Source: Tubulanus polymorphus (lineage: Eukaryota; Animalia; Nemertea). Taken from it: 64,000 nucleotides of DNA. This document shows positions 1 to 14,546 of this stretch, piece by piece (positions within the stretch are counted from its first letter, which is position 1; each line of letters starts with the position of its first letter). Where the stretch lies: the NCBI RefSeq assembly GCF_964204645.1, contig NC_134035.1, forward strand, positions 8,402,451 through 8,466,450, given 5' to 3'. The position numbers and the translations under genes are program-made. A model generated the notes under the pieces. That model saw only the letters and a list, made by a program, of their open reading frames with translations, made no database searches and was not told the origin of the DNA.

Positions 1-196
1 AATCCGTGTATATTGAAGATTAATTGAAGAAGTCCCACAATTCAAATTTCATATGAGATAATTTATCAAAATGAAACCTCAACGTTTCGGCTGTTGACAA
101 ACAGCCATCGTCAGGTGTTAGTCAACAGCCAAACGTTGTGGTTTCATTTTGATAAATTATCTTATATTAAATTTGAATTGTGGGACTTCTTCAATT
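1..196 (-). mobile_element. Penelope-like terminal-repeat relic, inverted structure with a hammerhead core
   Basis: Palindrome 22-196; minus 115-81 reads C CTGACGA T GGCTGTT tgtc AACAGCC GAAACGTT; tail containing cacggat at 1-21 resembles the tails at 43879-43911 and 47016-47048. Confidence 0.7.
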
Positions 197-593
197 TGTC
201 AGGATATAATAAACGAGATGTTTTATACTGCACTGTTAAACTGTTCCGTATATCTATAATGCTGCATATGATTTATCGCACCCCCATCACATTTATTCGA
301 TCAATTCCAACGTTCGTAGTTCCCGATGAGATATCAACTCAAAAATGTTTTTTCTAGCAATTCTAAAACAGGAAATAATATATCTAATTCCCCCCAAAAA
401 AATCGCTGATGATTTTGATATTTCATTTCCCGGCATGGATGAAAAATGGCACAGTTCCAACTCCAGTTGGCGCGTGCATGTTCGTGCAGTGACGTGATTT
501 GGTTGAGTGGGGACAGGGTACATTTGTCTTAAGGTGAAAAATGTTGAATGCGCCCTCAGATATTTATACTCTCTTAGATATTTTCGATATACA

Positions 594-751
594 CAGTAAA
601 CTTCGCCTAATTCAGAAATGGCCACCTCATGTTTTTGGTAAACTTGAACGAAAATCTATATCATAATTTACTGATCTAAACTAAACTACATCGTAACTTC
701 GATTAGAAACGACCGACTATGCTGGTCCCAGTTTGGGCGCGAAGTTTACTG
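594..751. mobile_element. pogo/Tigger-like MITE
   Basis: CAGTAAACTTCGC...GCGAAGTTTACTG followed by TA. Confidence 0.65.
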
Positions 752-816
752 TAGATATGTCCAGATAGACTAATGGACAAATGAAAAATCCGCGGTGCCT
801 TCTCCAAAAATAATCA

Positions 817-973
817 CAGTACAATCCGCTTAATTCGGATCATTCGGGACCAACAAAATTCATCCAGTTTGCGGGAAATCCGGATTAAAACCCAATTTCG
901 TGTAGATTGCGAATATAATCCGGATTAGATCAAGATTCAGATTAAGCCGATCCGGATTAAGCGGGTTTGACTG
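817..973. mobile_element. pogo/Tigger-like MITE
   Basis: CAGTACAATCCGCTTAATTCGGATC...GATCCGGATTAAGCGGGTTTGACTG-TA; internal CCGGATTA repeats. Confidence 0.7.
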
Positions 974-1960
974 TATTACATCAGCGGTGTTTGCGCGGCG
1001 CCATTTCGAAGTCACACGCGCAAGGTCCACGCGCTGCTTGCTCGAATCGATGACAGTGAAGTCAGCTGTTACTGATTCCAACGGGTGTCGTCATTGATTC
1101 GAGGCGCCTGACAGACGGCTGCAAATGAGCATCTTTGTCTCCGGTCGCACAAGGCGAATGATTTTTTCATGCAAAGATAATAGTCGACGGGGTTAATAGA
1201 CGTCGGTTTTACTAGCTTATAATCACGTTTCGCCAGTTAGCGGGTCTCGTGTCTGTTGTTCGGCAACGGATGAACAGTTTTACGGCGACTGATGAGCGCA
1301 TTGTGTCTTTATGGAACGGTGATCGATCAAACCGAATGAAACATCGGCGCGGTCGGCGCATTTCAAGAAGCCGATTGAAAAAGAATAGATATTTCTCGAA
1401 GATCAAAATTCGTACATTTCTATTCCTATAACTACGTTTTCAAATTATACTTAATAGATATTTGCGAGGAACAACAACAACGACATTCTCAAGCTAACGA
1501 AATAGCGTTTAGGTGTGGAAAAGCGAGCTCAGATCGCCCGTACACGAAACAACCTTCAGAAGCAACTGGTGGACTTGACTTGTAGTGTTACTTGATCCAT
1601 GAGGTCGTTGATGATCGGACTTCTATGAGCTCCAGCGCTCTTTGAATGTAGCGTGACAGACTTTTTTCAGATTAACGCTTATATCGGGAAAACAAATACA
1701 TCATTATTCCAAGATTATTCCTCTTGCAATTCTTCCTACGTTATTGCTGTCAGTAACATGATCATCAAGCGCTTCATTTCGCCAGCGATAGTTACTATTC
1801 TATACCATCCTCACGAGTGGCCATGTATAGAACCAGCTAGGAATCAGTAACATTTCCTGACACATAACACGAACTCAAAATTATACTTAGTGGCAAACGA
1901 TATTGAGTGTTTTTCTCGTATCGCGTTTCGTCTTAACAATTAACATTTTCGTCTTTAAGC

Positions 1961-2196
1961 AATAACAATGATAATACAAGTCGTGTCATTATATGGGGCA
2001 GGTATCCCAACCGTCAAGAGTCTAGTCCAAATTTGGTATATAATTACCCCCAGCTTAACTCTATTTAGCCGTCTCTCACTGGGGAGATGAGAATAAGAAG
2101 TGTCTTGCCCGAGGACACTGCGGTAATGTTCGGTTCGGACCCACGACCTGGCTTCCCGGAGGAGTCGAACGCTCTTACCACTCGCCCACGCCGCTC
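1961..2196 (-). mobile_element. tRNA-derived SINE
   Basis: Minus strand: A box TGGGCGAGTGG, B box GGTCCGAACC, then GTGTCCTCGGGCAAGACACTT (V-SINE-like core), (ATT)-rich tail. Confidence 0.7.
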
Positions 2197-4419
2197 GCTC
2201 ATTTTACGCGGCGCGACGCTTTTCTTACCCGGATTGTAAAACGATTTACGCAATCTATAGCGAGAACGTGTCTTATTGGCGAATTCCTAGAGGTTCCATT
2301 CACTCATTCTCGGGCGAAATTGTGTTATTTTATCGTATTTTTCACACTTGCTTACAACGCGACAACATGTGGTAACTTTCAGTGACATTCGGCTATACAT
2401 CAAATTGACAGTTAACAAGAAAATGGCGACGGTTTGTCGTCGTCAGGCTAGAGGAAAAAATTGCCGACATCAAATCCTATGCAAGTTAGTGTGTATTATT
2501 TCTGTAAGTAGATTTTCCTTTTTCCTTTTTTGTCAGAAAACCTGGTTTTCAAAGGTGTGTGTGCGTGTCGGGGGGGGGGGGGGTGATCTGCGGGTAGTCC
2601 CCGGAAAATCTTGAAAAATTATTTTTTTTCTATTAATTCCGAGCAGTGAAAGGCACCGCTCGATCCGCTTGTACTAATGTAGAATTGAAAAATGAATATA
2701 TAATACAAAGGAGATTTCCAAGGGTGTTCCTAGAAGCCAAAGCACCCTCGCCGGACCCGCGCCTGAAAACGATAGAGGCCTAGCGATACAAATCTGGCTA
2801 TGTGTGCATATATATACATATAAAATCATACAGCTGGGGATTTGAGCATTTATATATTAAAGCAATTACTGCAAAGCGAATAATAAACATGTTAGTAGTT
2901 GTATTATGATGTGTGTAGGGAAATGTAATGAGACATTACACTTCCCTGATGTGTGTAATCATCACCGAGAGGATGAGCGGGAACAGATTATAATGTCTCT
3001 GGTACTGGCCACATCTCCAGCGTGAGGCCTATTTATATATACCGTAGGCTCGCGACGGCAAACTGCACGTTTTACGCACCTTTCCCCGCACGCGTGTTAT
3101 TCGTGAACGATATGAATGATTTGCTTTTCCGTTAACAACTTAAGTATTCCGCTCCGAAAACTGTGAGAAACAGAAATAGCATTAGCACGCGTACGAATAT
3201 GGATCTGTTTCGAGTGCAAGAGAAATAATCCATATAGTCGAATTTCGTTAGTACGATTCGGCTTACAACGAAAACCTAATACGATGAATTTGAAAATTCC
3301 CGGCTTTTCTTTTAAAGCATTTTCCTATAAAAATGTTTGCTTAGTACGATTACGTTAATACTTCTATAGTAAATAAACACGCTTAGTACGATGGTCCATT
3401 TTGACGAGTTCCCACTTTCTAAAAGTTGAACTTGTCCGCATATGGCTATTCAATTACACTAGCAACTTTTTGAACAACGTTTGAGTATAAAAGGAGCAGC
3501 GCCACTTGAATCTGTTGATAAATAAATCTAATGAATATAATTGGTGAGTGACTTATATTTGCATATGTAATGGTGGCCATCTTGAATTTCTGGGTCACGT
3601 GACCATGGGTGGGTTGAAATAACATCACCAATACATTCGCTGTACCTGAAAACATGGGGTTACATACCATTTAACAAACTCTATGATCCATATTTGTGGA
3701 GTATCGGCTGATTTTCTGATTACAGGTAGGTCTTTGGTGGCCATCTTGAAAAATCGGACTTCCGGTAGGCAGACTTTGGTAGACTTTTAGTATGTTGTTC
3801 AGCACACTTAATAGGTATGGTAACAATCAAAAAACCTTTTGTTGCAATTTGTTCCCGGTTAAACTCCAATTTGACTGGACTAATATATAAACCAGTTGAG
3901 AGCTGGTAGTTGGTGGTCAACATTTATGTCATGATATGTCACAATCATAAAATAAATATATATTTATTTATTAATTTCTTTCAGAAATTTCTTTAAGAAA
4001 TAAATTGCAACAATGTGCACAACCAATACACAATTGTTGTAATATAAAACTGGGGTTTCTGAAAAATAGAAATTTACGAATACAATTCTTATAGTACGTA
4101 CATATACAATATAAAGTCACGTGATGTTTGCGGGGTGAGCGAGTGTCACGCAGTACAGGTACACGGTACTATATAAGTGAACATCTTGCGCGGATGGAGG
4201 TGTGACTAGCTGCAACGGTACATTGAAAGGTACATCCTCAAATTTACACAGGTGCTCATGCTTACGTATTCATTCGATTTACATTGGCATGATAAGCAAT
4301 ACGGAGTTCTCCATTTTAGACCACCTTCTTTTTCTGTGACGTATTACGCTTAGCTCGAAACAAAATCTTTTCGATTCTCTTCCTGGAATTTTCTGTCGAA
4401 AAATTTTCGTTTTATATCG

Positions 4420-4616
4420 ACTGCGCTGACGCCAGAGAGAGAAAGAAGCGGTGGTAGAGTCGAGGGAGCTGAAAGTACGGTCGGTTGCGATGGCACTCCG
4501 CGTGGCAGTAACATTTAATCGATCGGCCTGTCGTTTGTACTTCCGCGCGCGGCAAGCCGAACTATCAACATTAGAGCGATTGTAGTACTCTGTGGCGCGC
4601 GGAGGAGCAGGTAAGA
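4420..4616 (+). other. Candidate non-coding 5'UTR exon of the fucosyltransferase
   Basis: CpG-rich stretch ending in CAG|gtaaga at 4610/4611; the ATG exon begins with a splice acceptor, so an upstream exon is expected. Link to this donor is inferred. Confidence 0.3.
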
Positions 4617-7443
4617 TGTCGAACGCGAGATCATTTTTCAGGTATATATATATACATTCAATTAACTAAGTCTGTCGATGTTGTTAAGTTTGCTTCTAAT
4701 TTCAATTGCGAAATGACAGGCTAGGTCGACCCCGGTACACGATTATTTAGATTCTGTCTTCAACTATTTTCTGAGTGGTAGCCTACCTGGTTTGACTCAT
4801 TCGTTCGTGTGGATTCTTAGAAAATCATACAGGCCTACTCTATTTTCTATCAAGAAAAAAGGGATTTATACCTGATTACAGCTCGTTATATTACTATAGC
4901 TGATTAGTAGATCTCAAATTAGCATTTCTATGTTCCTTCACTTCATTCCCGCGCAGTGTCCGGTCTCGATGACTCTCACTTGCCACAGGTGGAATCCTCT
5001 CGATTGTCACAATCGAGTGCGGTCGTGCGGAGTCCTTTCCGCTTTCTCTCATTTGGCGGAGTCCTAGGTGAAACCAAAGACTCATTCATTGATCTGCCGG
5101 CATACGGATCTACTCGGCCCGTATAATATAATCATCAAAGGTAGTTTAGATTTTCGATCGGAATAACACCTTAGGCCTCCGTGGTGAATCTGCAGCGTCG
5201 ATGATGGCATTTATTCAGAAATCAGCAGGAACCAAACACAAATTCATGCATGTTTATTTGAACCCCTTCGGCCAGGCGGGGCATGTCGAGCGGCAATTCT
5301 CGGATTCTAAAAATAAGCCGTTGAACCTCAACGTATCTAAACCATAGAAGTGGTCTGTCTGAACTTGTTCTCCGATTTCGGTTACTTGTTTAAAACAAAA
5401 CCGATTCATTATCGATTTTATAGTCACAAGCGACAATGGAAGTTGACGAGACCCAGAACTTTATAGTATGGCCTAGCAGACGATCGCTTTCTTCCGGGTT
5501 TTGAATCTATATTTGATGTAAACAGGATGTTATGTATACAAGCATATTAACCTACACAGCGGGTGGCAACGTTATGTATGTATGTTAATTGCGATGGTCG
5601 ACGTGGCGGACAATCACCTTCTGTTATTGTCCTGGCGATTCATTGTCTTATTCGTGAACATCATAGCAGCGCATTCTACGCATACTACATGGAAACTTGG
5701 ACCCATTGCGATAATACACCGCCAATGATTACATCGCGTCGCTGAAACAACCGGACAAGTCAATGTCACTGGCGGATCTTTTGTTGTTTAAGACACCTAT
5801 TCGGTGTCTCTTTATCTTCGTTGTTTCATTATCCAACAATAAGACTTAGCTCGCACACAAGGAATCTAACTAAAGCTTACATCAAACATGTAAAAATTCC
5901 TGCCTTAGGCTCGCAAGTGATCTGTACCAATGATTCAAAAGTACACTGTAGTCTAAAACCACCTCGGTAAAAAATACCCTAGGTAATCAGAATGAGAAAA
6001 AAAAAACATTACCGATAACCATTAATGAAACACTACTGTTGATGTGATATCCCGATCTCAAAGAGTCTGAAATGTTTTGTTGAGCTAGAAGTTTATTCGA
6101 CGTTTCCGCTATATCCTTGAAGTCCTGCATTTTTAAGCTGGTACCTCGTCTTCAGTTTCAAAAAACCTCTGTTAGGTGAACGATCACCCCTCTTCGACTG
6201 CTTGCATGCTATGGCCCAATCCCGGACTGGTACAAGGTCCCTGTTTTCCTTAGAAACTCCAAACAGAAGATGCTGTTAAAGGTGTTTGTAGCTTTTTTGA
6301 TTTCATCAAAATGCCCCTAACTCTTCAGAGCCCCAAAACTTTTTGCCAAACTATAGTTGGCCGACGCCCGATGCGTTAAACATTTCAGACTCGAGCGTAA
6401 GCAGGTTAATTCAATCGATCAGTTTGAGACCACGGTGGATAAAACTATTAGAAGTATAAGAATTTAAATCGATAATCGTTGATTCTGAACACCGCAATTC
6501 ACTTCGCTCTTCCGTGGACACCTTTCGCGCAGTTCCGAGTTCAGATTAGACTCAGCAGGGTTAAAACTTTGAAAATAAACTTGCTTTACCTTAAAGTTAG
6601 CGATTACTCGGGTCCCGGGGCTGCAGTTGCTGGAAAGTGGTTTAGAGCCAACCGATGGATAGTTGACATAGTGACAATAAACCATTTTACAGTTGCTAGC
6701 CGCCATTTTGTTAGGGTACTTTTGTCCCGTATTGTTGGGTCATTTTTTTCTCTTTTTTGAAAACTATCCGTGATGTGTATTGTATCATATTTCATCTGTC
6801 GATGGATGGATTTTGACAACTTCAGCAACATTCAAACCGCGTGAATCTCTAGTTTTCAGTTATGTAAAAATCATTTCTCAAATTTACAACAATGCGACAT
6901 GAGAGCGATATAAAAATCGGTGGTCAGTTTTTGCCGTGCGCATAGAAATCCAGGGTACTGAACTTTGAAGTTCGTTATTTTCAGAAATAATTTTCTAAAA
7001 AATCTAAACATTTCAAGCACTGTGCGCATAAATACCCCTTTTTAGGTGAACTTTGTAATTTTAAGATATCTTGCCTAGTTTTTTTCCTATGGCTCTTTAA
7101 CTGCAGCGCGTGTATTGTCATTCCGAGATTTGGCGCTGTTTTCTTTGCGTGTATTTCAGTATATGGGTGTTATTCCTTCATTTTCACTACACTTGTCTCT
7201 ACGGAAAATGGTTTTAATTGCTGGTACGAGTATCAGGTTTAAATATCACGTCGTTTATGCAATATAATAGATCGAAGACATTAGAGATGTTGGGGTTTAA
7301 GGGATTTTTCTGACCAGTTTTAGCAGCGAGACTGAGCGGCATTTTGATCACGCATTCGAAGTTGCGCGCGGGAGGAGTTTATCGTTACTACGGTATCTAT
7401 CCACCGGCTATCTTTAACCAACTTTTGATCAAAAATTACCCCA

Positions 7444-7587
7444 TGGCCCAGTTGCACGGTGCGTCCTAAGTACAAAAGTGGTCTTAAATCTTAAGACTTG
7501 CCTAGGTTGTTAGATTGACTATAGAACCAAGATAGTCTTAGCCTGCTGGTCATAAATCGAAGCCTTGACCATGTGCAACCGACCCCA
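7444..7587. mobile_element. Short MITE with GGCCCAGTTGCAC-type TIR
   Basis: tggcccagttgcacggt ... accatgtgcaaccgacccca. Confidence 0.55.
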
Positions 7588-8356
7588 GGGCTACACAAGC
7601 GATGACATTCACGCTACTATAGACTATAGATTACTATGATTATACAATACAATCAAAGGTGCGCTAAATGATGATATAAAATCCCTTACAAATATCAAAG
7701 TAATACGTCTGAATCTAATGAATCGTAAAATCATTGAATACGTGAAGCGGCATCCTTACGTCGCAAAGGTAATCTGTCATGAATACGCAACGGGAAAGTC
7801 CGTGTCCTGCATAAGCCGTTGTATAGGCTGGATTTACTTTGTAAAAGATGATACTATTATAAACTATTATATCCCGCGCACGAAACGTCGCTATTGGACA
7901 CGGATTTATTAGCGGCATTAATTCAATTAGTATACGACAGTTTTATGCGTGCTATTGTAAACCCGGGATATATTGTGACATAAATGTTCCCGATTTAATG
8001 CAGCCTCCCGTAATATTACCATGATAAACATTCGGTCGATTTGAAATTCGTTTGTTCTCGATCGGCACCGGCGATGATCTCGGCGTTTAAATATATATCA
8101 ATGCATTCACGCAGATTTACGTTCAGGACTAATGCGCGCGCATTGAACGGGCAATTATCTCGACGTAATTGAGATGAGCGCGCAACGAAATAAAGATTCA
8201 AGTAATCGAAATTGACGAGGGATTCCACTGTTCGCCTCAATTTACAAAACCATCAAATATTCTGAGTTACCTTTTTAGAATGAACGCTTGACCTTCTATT
8301 GCCTTTATTGCATGGAATGTTATAAACTCTTACGGTTAGATAAAGAAAAGTTCAGG

Positions 8357-8778
8357 ATATGATATGATATGATGTGATGTGATATGACATGATATGATAT
8401 GATATGATATATGATATGATATATGATTTATTTCATAACCTTTCGAAGGACAGGGGAGCTTCGACCACGGGGAACTCTGTTTCGGACTCCGGGCCTAACT
8501 CTTATAAGTTCGCCCGCGACTAAAGCTCCTATAAACCTGAACCCATCTATTCCTGGTCTAGTGGTCGTCTCGTACGTGCCGGGGGCAGATGCACTGAGAT
8601 CGTTACACTAACAGATTATTTTAGACAGATTTGATTATGAATACGTTACTAATAAACATTGTCTCCCTGTGTTATACCCATGATCTGAAATACTCATTTC
8701 ATAACACTGTCACCACCAGGATTAGGAACTGTGAACTCTGTATTGACGAGTGACCAATGACTTCAATCCATTAACCAC
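8357..8778 (-). mobile_element. tRNA-derived SINE relic with (ATATC)n tail
   Basis: Minus A box GTGGTTAATGG, degenerate B box GTTCCTAATCC; (GATAT)n at 8357-8425 as 3' tail. Confidence 0.45.
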
Positions 8779-10237
8779 TAATCGTTTATTAGGGGCCTCG
8801 ATGCAGTTTCTATGCGAAACGGGGCTGTATGATACAATATAAAGTGCAAGTGTGCAAATGGAGTATATCTAAAATTTTCATTTTTTTGAAGTATAAGTTA
8901 CAATGATTCCAAATTCCTGAAGCATTAGAAAGTATCGCTAATCCTTATTCAGTAATTTTTCACCACTTTCCAGACTCGGGGCGATTGGGGGTGGGGGGAT
9001 GGGGCGGGTTGAACTCCCTCTCCATCCTGTGTTATGGCTATCGTTTATAGAGAATTCGATCTAATTGAAATCATTCATCCGTACGTCTATATCTGTATCC
9101 GATTTGTAGGCCTAAATGAACGAACGCTCGCGATGTCTGTACTCGATAAAAGCAATCCATCACGACTCTAAAAAAACAACTCGGGCCACGAATGCGACAT
9201 TTTTATGCATATTACGCGACTTGCGTACCGACCAACTAATCGTGTCAGAATACATTTGGGCGTGCCTATAGGTAACCCTTGACCTACTTACAAACGCGAA
9301 AAACGTTTTTTTTTTCGTTTGTTTCAGAGGAAATCGAATTTGATCGAATGGTCGTCGAAAACCGGTTGCTCGCATGCGCAGGTTTATATTACCACGTCCT
9401 CAAAACCGGTTTTAGCGAGACGGTGTCGGGTGTCCATTGGGAGAACAATCGACGCGCTTTTTAAACAGAGCGATCTCGCGAATAAGCATTTTGAATGAAT
9501 GCGTTTGATATGAAAGGTCGCGTTCTTGCGGATTCCTCCGTATATAATAGTCCAAGCTATGGCATGATTTCGCGTTCTTGTGTCAGTGTTAAGTTACGAT
9601 CGGACCCGTTCTGTCGTCTCGACACGGCTATCATGATCGCGTAGATCGGAGTTAAATGCAAAAACGATCCCGGTATAACGCGGGAGAAGATCGTCTGTTC
9701 AGAAAAGGTACGTGATAACGATTTACGCAGTATATAGTTTAGATCGTCTCGCAAAATTGCGAAAATCAAGTTCGACCCCCGAGCGTGAAAATACGACGTT
9801 TTCAATCGAAATTGAGGTAATTTTCACTAGGATTGAGGATACATCTTGGTTGAAATGGGGCTAAACAAAAATGATACCTTGTTTCTCCGCAGCGGCTGGG
9901 TTATTTATGTAAGATATTATAAAATTTGTAAGCAGTTCATTTCTATAGCTGCCAGGTGTGTTATGGTAAAATTGATCACGATTAAAAAAGCAGTGATGTA
10001 CAGGGTATATTGGCGACCGGCCCGGTCAACCTTTAAGTTCAGCAGTCGGAGAAACAAGGTAATTTCAACGAGGTAATATTTGTTAGCCTAATACTATCCT
10101 TTTTAATGCCACTTCTCACTTAACGGCAATATTTTCGTATTTGCGTAACTCAAATTCAATGGAATGGCCGTTCTTTAAAGCCCGATATATTATTATAACA
10201 CCGCGTTTTATTGGTCACAACAAGGAAATCATATATA

Positions 10238-10239
<2 letters not shown>

Positions 10240-10333
<94 letters not shown>
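10240..10333. repeat. (TA)n microsatellite (another at 60033-60084)
   Basis: Visible. Confidence 0.99.
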
Positions 10334-10336
<3 letters not shown>

Positions 10337-11466
10337 GGCACTTACTAAAGCTTTGTATTTCCGAACATTTTGGTTAACGTCACAAAAACGATTCAACGCG
10401 TAACTTTCGTATTGATATGAGCCCATGTGTTTTGCACGAGAAGCTCCCCATGTATCGAATAGTTTAAAATGATTTTGCTATTCTTCTAACGGGAGGGAAG
10501 ATAAACCCCGCCCATTGATAGAAAGACTAAGCTTGAACATTATGAATTCCTTTCTACGCAATTAGGTATGTGAATCAAGAAATGATCGCGTTTTCAGACA
10601 ATTACACAATGCCATTAACCTTTACGCACCGGCGTATATATGATGTCCTTATTCATAGACATTTGAGCCTTACGATTCCTTCTTCGTTGTATCGTCTGTA
10701 AGGCGGCGTGGTTCGAACCGCCCGTGAAGCCGTGTTTTTGGTCAGGACGTTTTCGTCAGCGTTGCGAGCCTACACTTCGTCGATGTTGTCCTGGAGACCA
10801 AGCTTATACAAATCGTGTTATCATTCGAGTTTTGACGCGAACGCGTGCAAATGGAATTGTGATCATTCACGAAGATATCAAAAACATTATGATACGGGTC
10901 TCCGTACACGACGGCGATTTCAATTCCATTTTTGATATCGACAATGATGACATTTGTGTTTTCATTCGTTCCACATTAAATTGATATGTAGTCATATATA
11001 AGCAATGCGCTTTTTATTGGTACCATACATTCACGCGATTAGCAAGGATTTGTTCTCAAGTACGGACAGGTGTTGTGGTTTCAATGGGTTTCAGGATAAA
11101 ACGGTCTTAAATGACTTGTTATATCCATAGCGAATGTTGCGTTATGTTACGTGTGTGTATATATATTATATTTATAGCGTGCTTTCGCTTATGTTTGTGA
11201 CACGCACTGAATTCTACTGCTTAATCAACTTTTAAGAATATGAAGTGCGTGACGTTCAGTTTCGTCGATCAGGAAATTGAATGAAATATTATGCTTAGTT
11301 ACGAGTAGTTTCGATACGTCCTAGGTTGCTACTTATGTGAGCAGAAACTAATGTATTGGCAATTAATTTATGAATAGAAGTGAGGCCGAACCTTTTCTCA
11401 TTCTTTTCTTCCGTGTGGGTGCAGAGAGGTGTGCGGGGGAGGGGGTGTATCCCGGATGTAACCACA

Positions 11467-11685
11467 CAGGACCCAGTTCCACAGTTGTGCGTTAAGAATT
11501 GACTCAGAGTTAACTCATCGAAAACGAACTGATTTTAACTCAGAGTTAACTCTAACTCACTGTCCAGTTCCACAGTTCTGAGTTTCACAACATTTCACTT
11601 TCGAGTCAACTCATTGAAAATGAACTAACTTTAACTTTAACTCACAACTGCGGAACTGGTTCCAGAACCGTGGAACTGGATCCAG
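11467..11685. mobile_element. Palindromic ~115-bp MITE with a second copy nested inside it (11560-11665)
   Basis: TIR GGACCCAGTTCCACAGTT; core GAGTTAACTC repeats and CATTGAAAATGAAC; outer copy flanked by CAG/CAG. Confidence 0.8.
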
Positions 11686-13414
11686 CAGTCTTCGCCCTAA
11701 TCCGAATGTCTCTCTTTCCGGTAAAAGTGGCCGCCGCACAGCTAACAGCTGTGGATCGTCAAGGTCTCTTACTCAGAATGGTACAAGTGTATCGGATGTC
11801 AACCATTGTCGATCTAGAGTCTCAAATATCGAACTGTGATTTCTCTGTAGCATTTCTGTATCTTAAATCTGTGAAGTATTAGACCGCTTTGTTGACGACA
11901 GCCGCAATGGGAATGACAATATTGACGACTGTTAAATAAGAAATGAGTCAAAAGCGTTCAGTCGGTCCGGTAACCATTGCAAAGAAACTCGTCGGCTCAT
12001 TCTGAAATATAGACAGCCGTACGCGCGTGTCATAAGCGGTTTTGCAAACATTGATTCCTTAGAACGTTTAAGGTATATATAAGGGAAAGAAAGATGTATG
12101 AATATCAAAAAGGCTAGAGATATCGTAAAATAGTTGTTCGACTCTTTTCGATATTCCCGTGCTTCCCTGTGCGTTCCTGGGCTTAACCTCTAAACTATTC
12201 TAATTGAACCTTATCCTTTTTATCGACATTTTTAGTCATAAAATCGTATATCGGAATATTCTTTCTACTTATAGACTATTAACTCTCTTTTTGGATTGAC
12301 ATTGAAGCCCCTTCCCGAGCTGATATAACATTTCTCGACGGATATTATATTTTATGCTATGCGTCGTGCTTGAAGTATCTTACGATTAATTGAATGCTCT
12401 TGAGTTTTGCTTTTTCGATGATATCCGTCACTACATTTCGAGTTTTGTGGTGTATATTATTTTTCGAGTTTACGGCTAACATTTGTCTAAGTATGCGGTT
12501 AATGTAAACACGTGCTCGTAAATGGCTCTCATGTCTTCGGCTGGAATGACGGGTATACCGTTACTCCGTCCGCGCACTGTGCGATGGCTAAAATACTGAT
12601 CGCTTAAAGACCGCTTTTTTATTGACGATAGCAAAATCGCTGAAAAGGCTATCGATTCGAAAATGTATAGCGCTGGCTTACTGTTTTTAAGTAGGCTTAT
12701 ATGTTATACATAGACGTCTGAGCTTAGAAACTGGCAAGAATCCGCCGATGGTCGGTTATGGATATGAATTGATAGAATCTAGAAACGAGTTGGTTATTCC
12801 GTAAACGAGACGGGCATGATCGCCAACCATAGAACTCGATACTCGTCGTTCAAGGTTCCACGAATTTCAGATGATTGTCTTGTAACCTTAGCCGAATTTC
12901 GAATCACGATTCAGTAAGATAGCCGGGCTGGTTGTGCCCAATTCTATGCGTAAGAACCAGTATTTCAAACCTTTGGCGGACAGGCAACCAATGGCGACTG
13001 TACAGGATTGGGAGTAACGTGGGCGTGTTTCTTTGAGCAGGCCTTAATCTTCCCGTATAGTATTGTAGTAGTTACAACCGTTTTAATTAGAGTTGATGGT
13101 AGATTCAGTAGTCTAATCGAGATGTGAGATGAACCTTCCCCCTGAACTATTTCGCCCAAAAAACCTGCGAATTCTGCCTACTTGGTGCAAAGGAAATGTA
13201 ATAGATTTACACTTTTTTGGATAAATCTATCATGATCAAAGTTTACTCCTACGCCTCAAGACAACTGTAGTTTTAATGTTAATATAGAGATATTATCATG
13301 AATTTAGGTTTTAAATGAACAATTTCAGTTCTCCCCACCGTTCAACGCTAGTCGATTTTTGGACCTCCACTGAATTGATGTCAAGTGAAACCTGTTGAAT
13401 TATATTAGGCCTTT

Positions 13415-13690
13415 AATCGGGCACAAGTCCTAGTCAAAGGACACTTCCCCGAGGTTCTTGACGTAAAGGTGGGTCACGTTGCATGAAGATTCCAAGCACG
13501 AACCGGCTGAATTATACCCGAAAGGTATGGTTCAAACCATTGGAGCGCCATCCCAGTGACCTCAATGCGTTTTGAGAGCCTCTCCGAAAATACCTTGGTA
13601 GACAATGAGAGGTCCAACGAAACCAATTCACCTTCCTTGCGCTGATCAAGGGCATTATAATGGACTCTCAACAATGCCGTCTCAGTACTT
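13415..13690 (-). pseudogene. L2/CR1-group LINE reverse-transcriptase fragment
   Basis: STETALLRV...LVSLDLS...RL...TGMALQWFEPYLS matches the L2 RT region; degenerate. Confidence 0.75.
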
Positions 13691-14113
13691 AATAACTACG
13701 GCTCTATTATGGAGACTTTCAGGACATATTTGAATTTCTAATCATCTATTAGCTAGTTACGTAGGCAAATTTGCAGACCAAGGATTTAAAGCCTTGCACA
13801 CGATCTAATTCTATATCTCCACTTTTTCCATAAATGTAAATATTTTGAAATTTGGTAACTTGCATTGATGTTAATTTTTTCTATTTCGTTGTTATCCTAT
13901 GTACAAAGACATTTTATATACACCATTTTTTCTTTTGTAAATTTTATTTCTGTTTATAAAAAATCGTGCAAGATTTCATGATAAATGAATATTGAGTTGA
14001 ATATATTATTGGGCTTTCATGAATTATATCAACAAGCTTTCAGGGAACATATTAGTAGGTTTCAGTTATCAGCGGTTAAACTATACCAACAAGAAGCTGG
14101 AGTTCAAGGCCAG

Positions 14114-14546
14114 TGTTGCAGTTAGCAGACAACCTGCGTTGATGCGTACGTCATACATAAACATAAATAGAAGTAATATAAATAAACAAGTCTGGAGGTG
14201 ACGTATGTGTCTACGTAGGAAAACCTATGGTGCGGCCATAAGCTCCGATGAGTGCAAAAAGATATTTTTAAGATTATTGTGACGTGTGCCGATACATCAA
14301 CACCCCATACATGGATTGGAGGAATGTTGTGACGTATGAATGGGTCACAATCCATGAATTCCAAGCAATGTGTGGAAGAGGGCCTGCACACGTTACTAGT
14401 TAAAGAGATAATAAACGAAAAAAGATAATTTAAGAAATTGTTAGGTTATATATTGGACATAGTAGAAGTCAAGACCCAGGACTGAAGTTCCGGCCTAAAG
14501 AAAGTATCCCTCACAACATCGTCGATAGATATTCAGAACCACAACA
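14114..14546 (+). mobile_element. Possible solo LTR
   Basis: TGTTG...CAACA termini with CCAG/CTAG flanks and an internal TATA; the right end is ambiguous (other CAACA at 14518, 14578). Confidence 0.25.

Noticed and set aside
6591-7100. Kolobok-like element with TTAA flanks
   Set aside because: Only one end is convincing; TIRs could not be matched.
10141-10426. IYIYIY ORFs
   Set aside because: (TA)n microsatellite.
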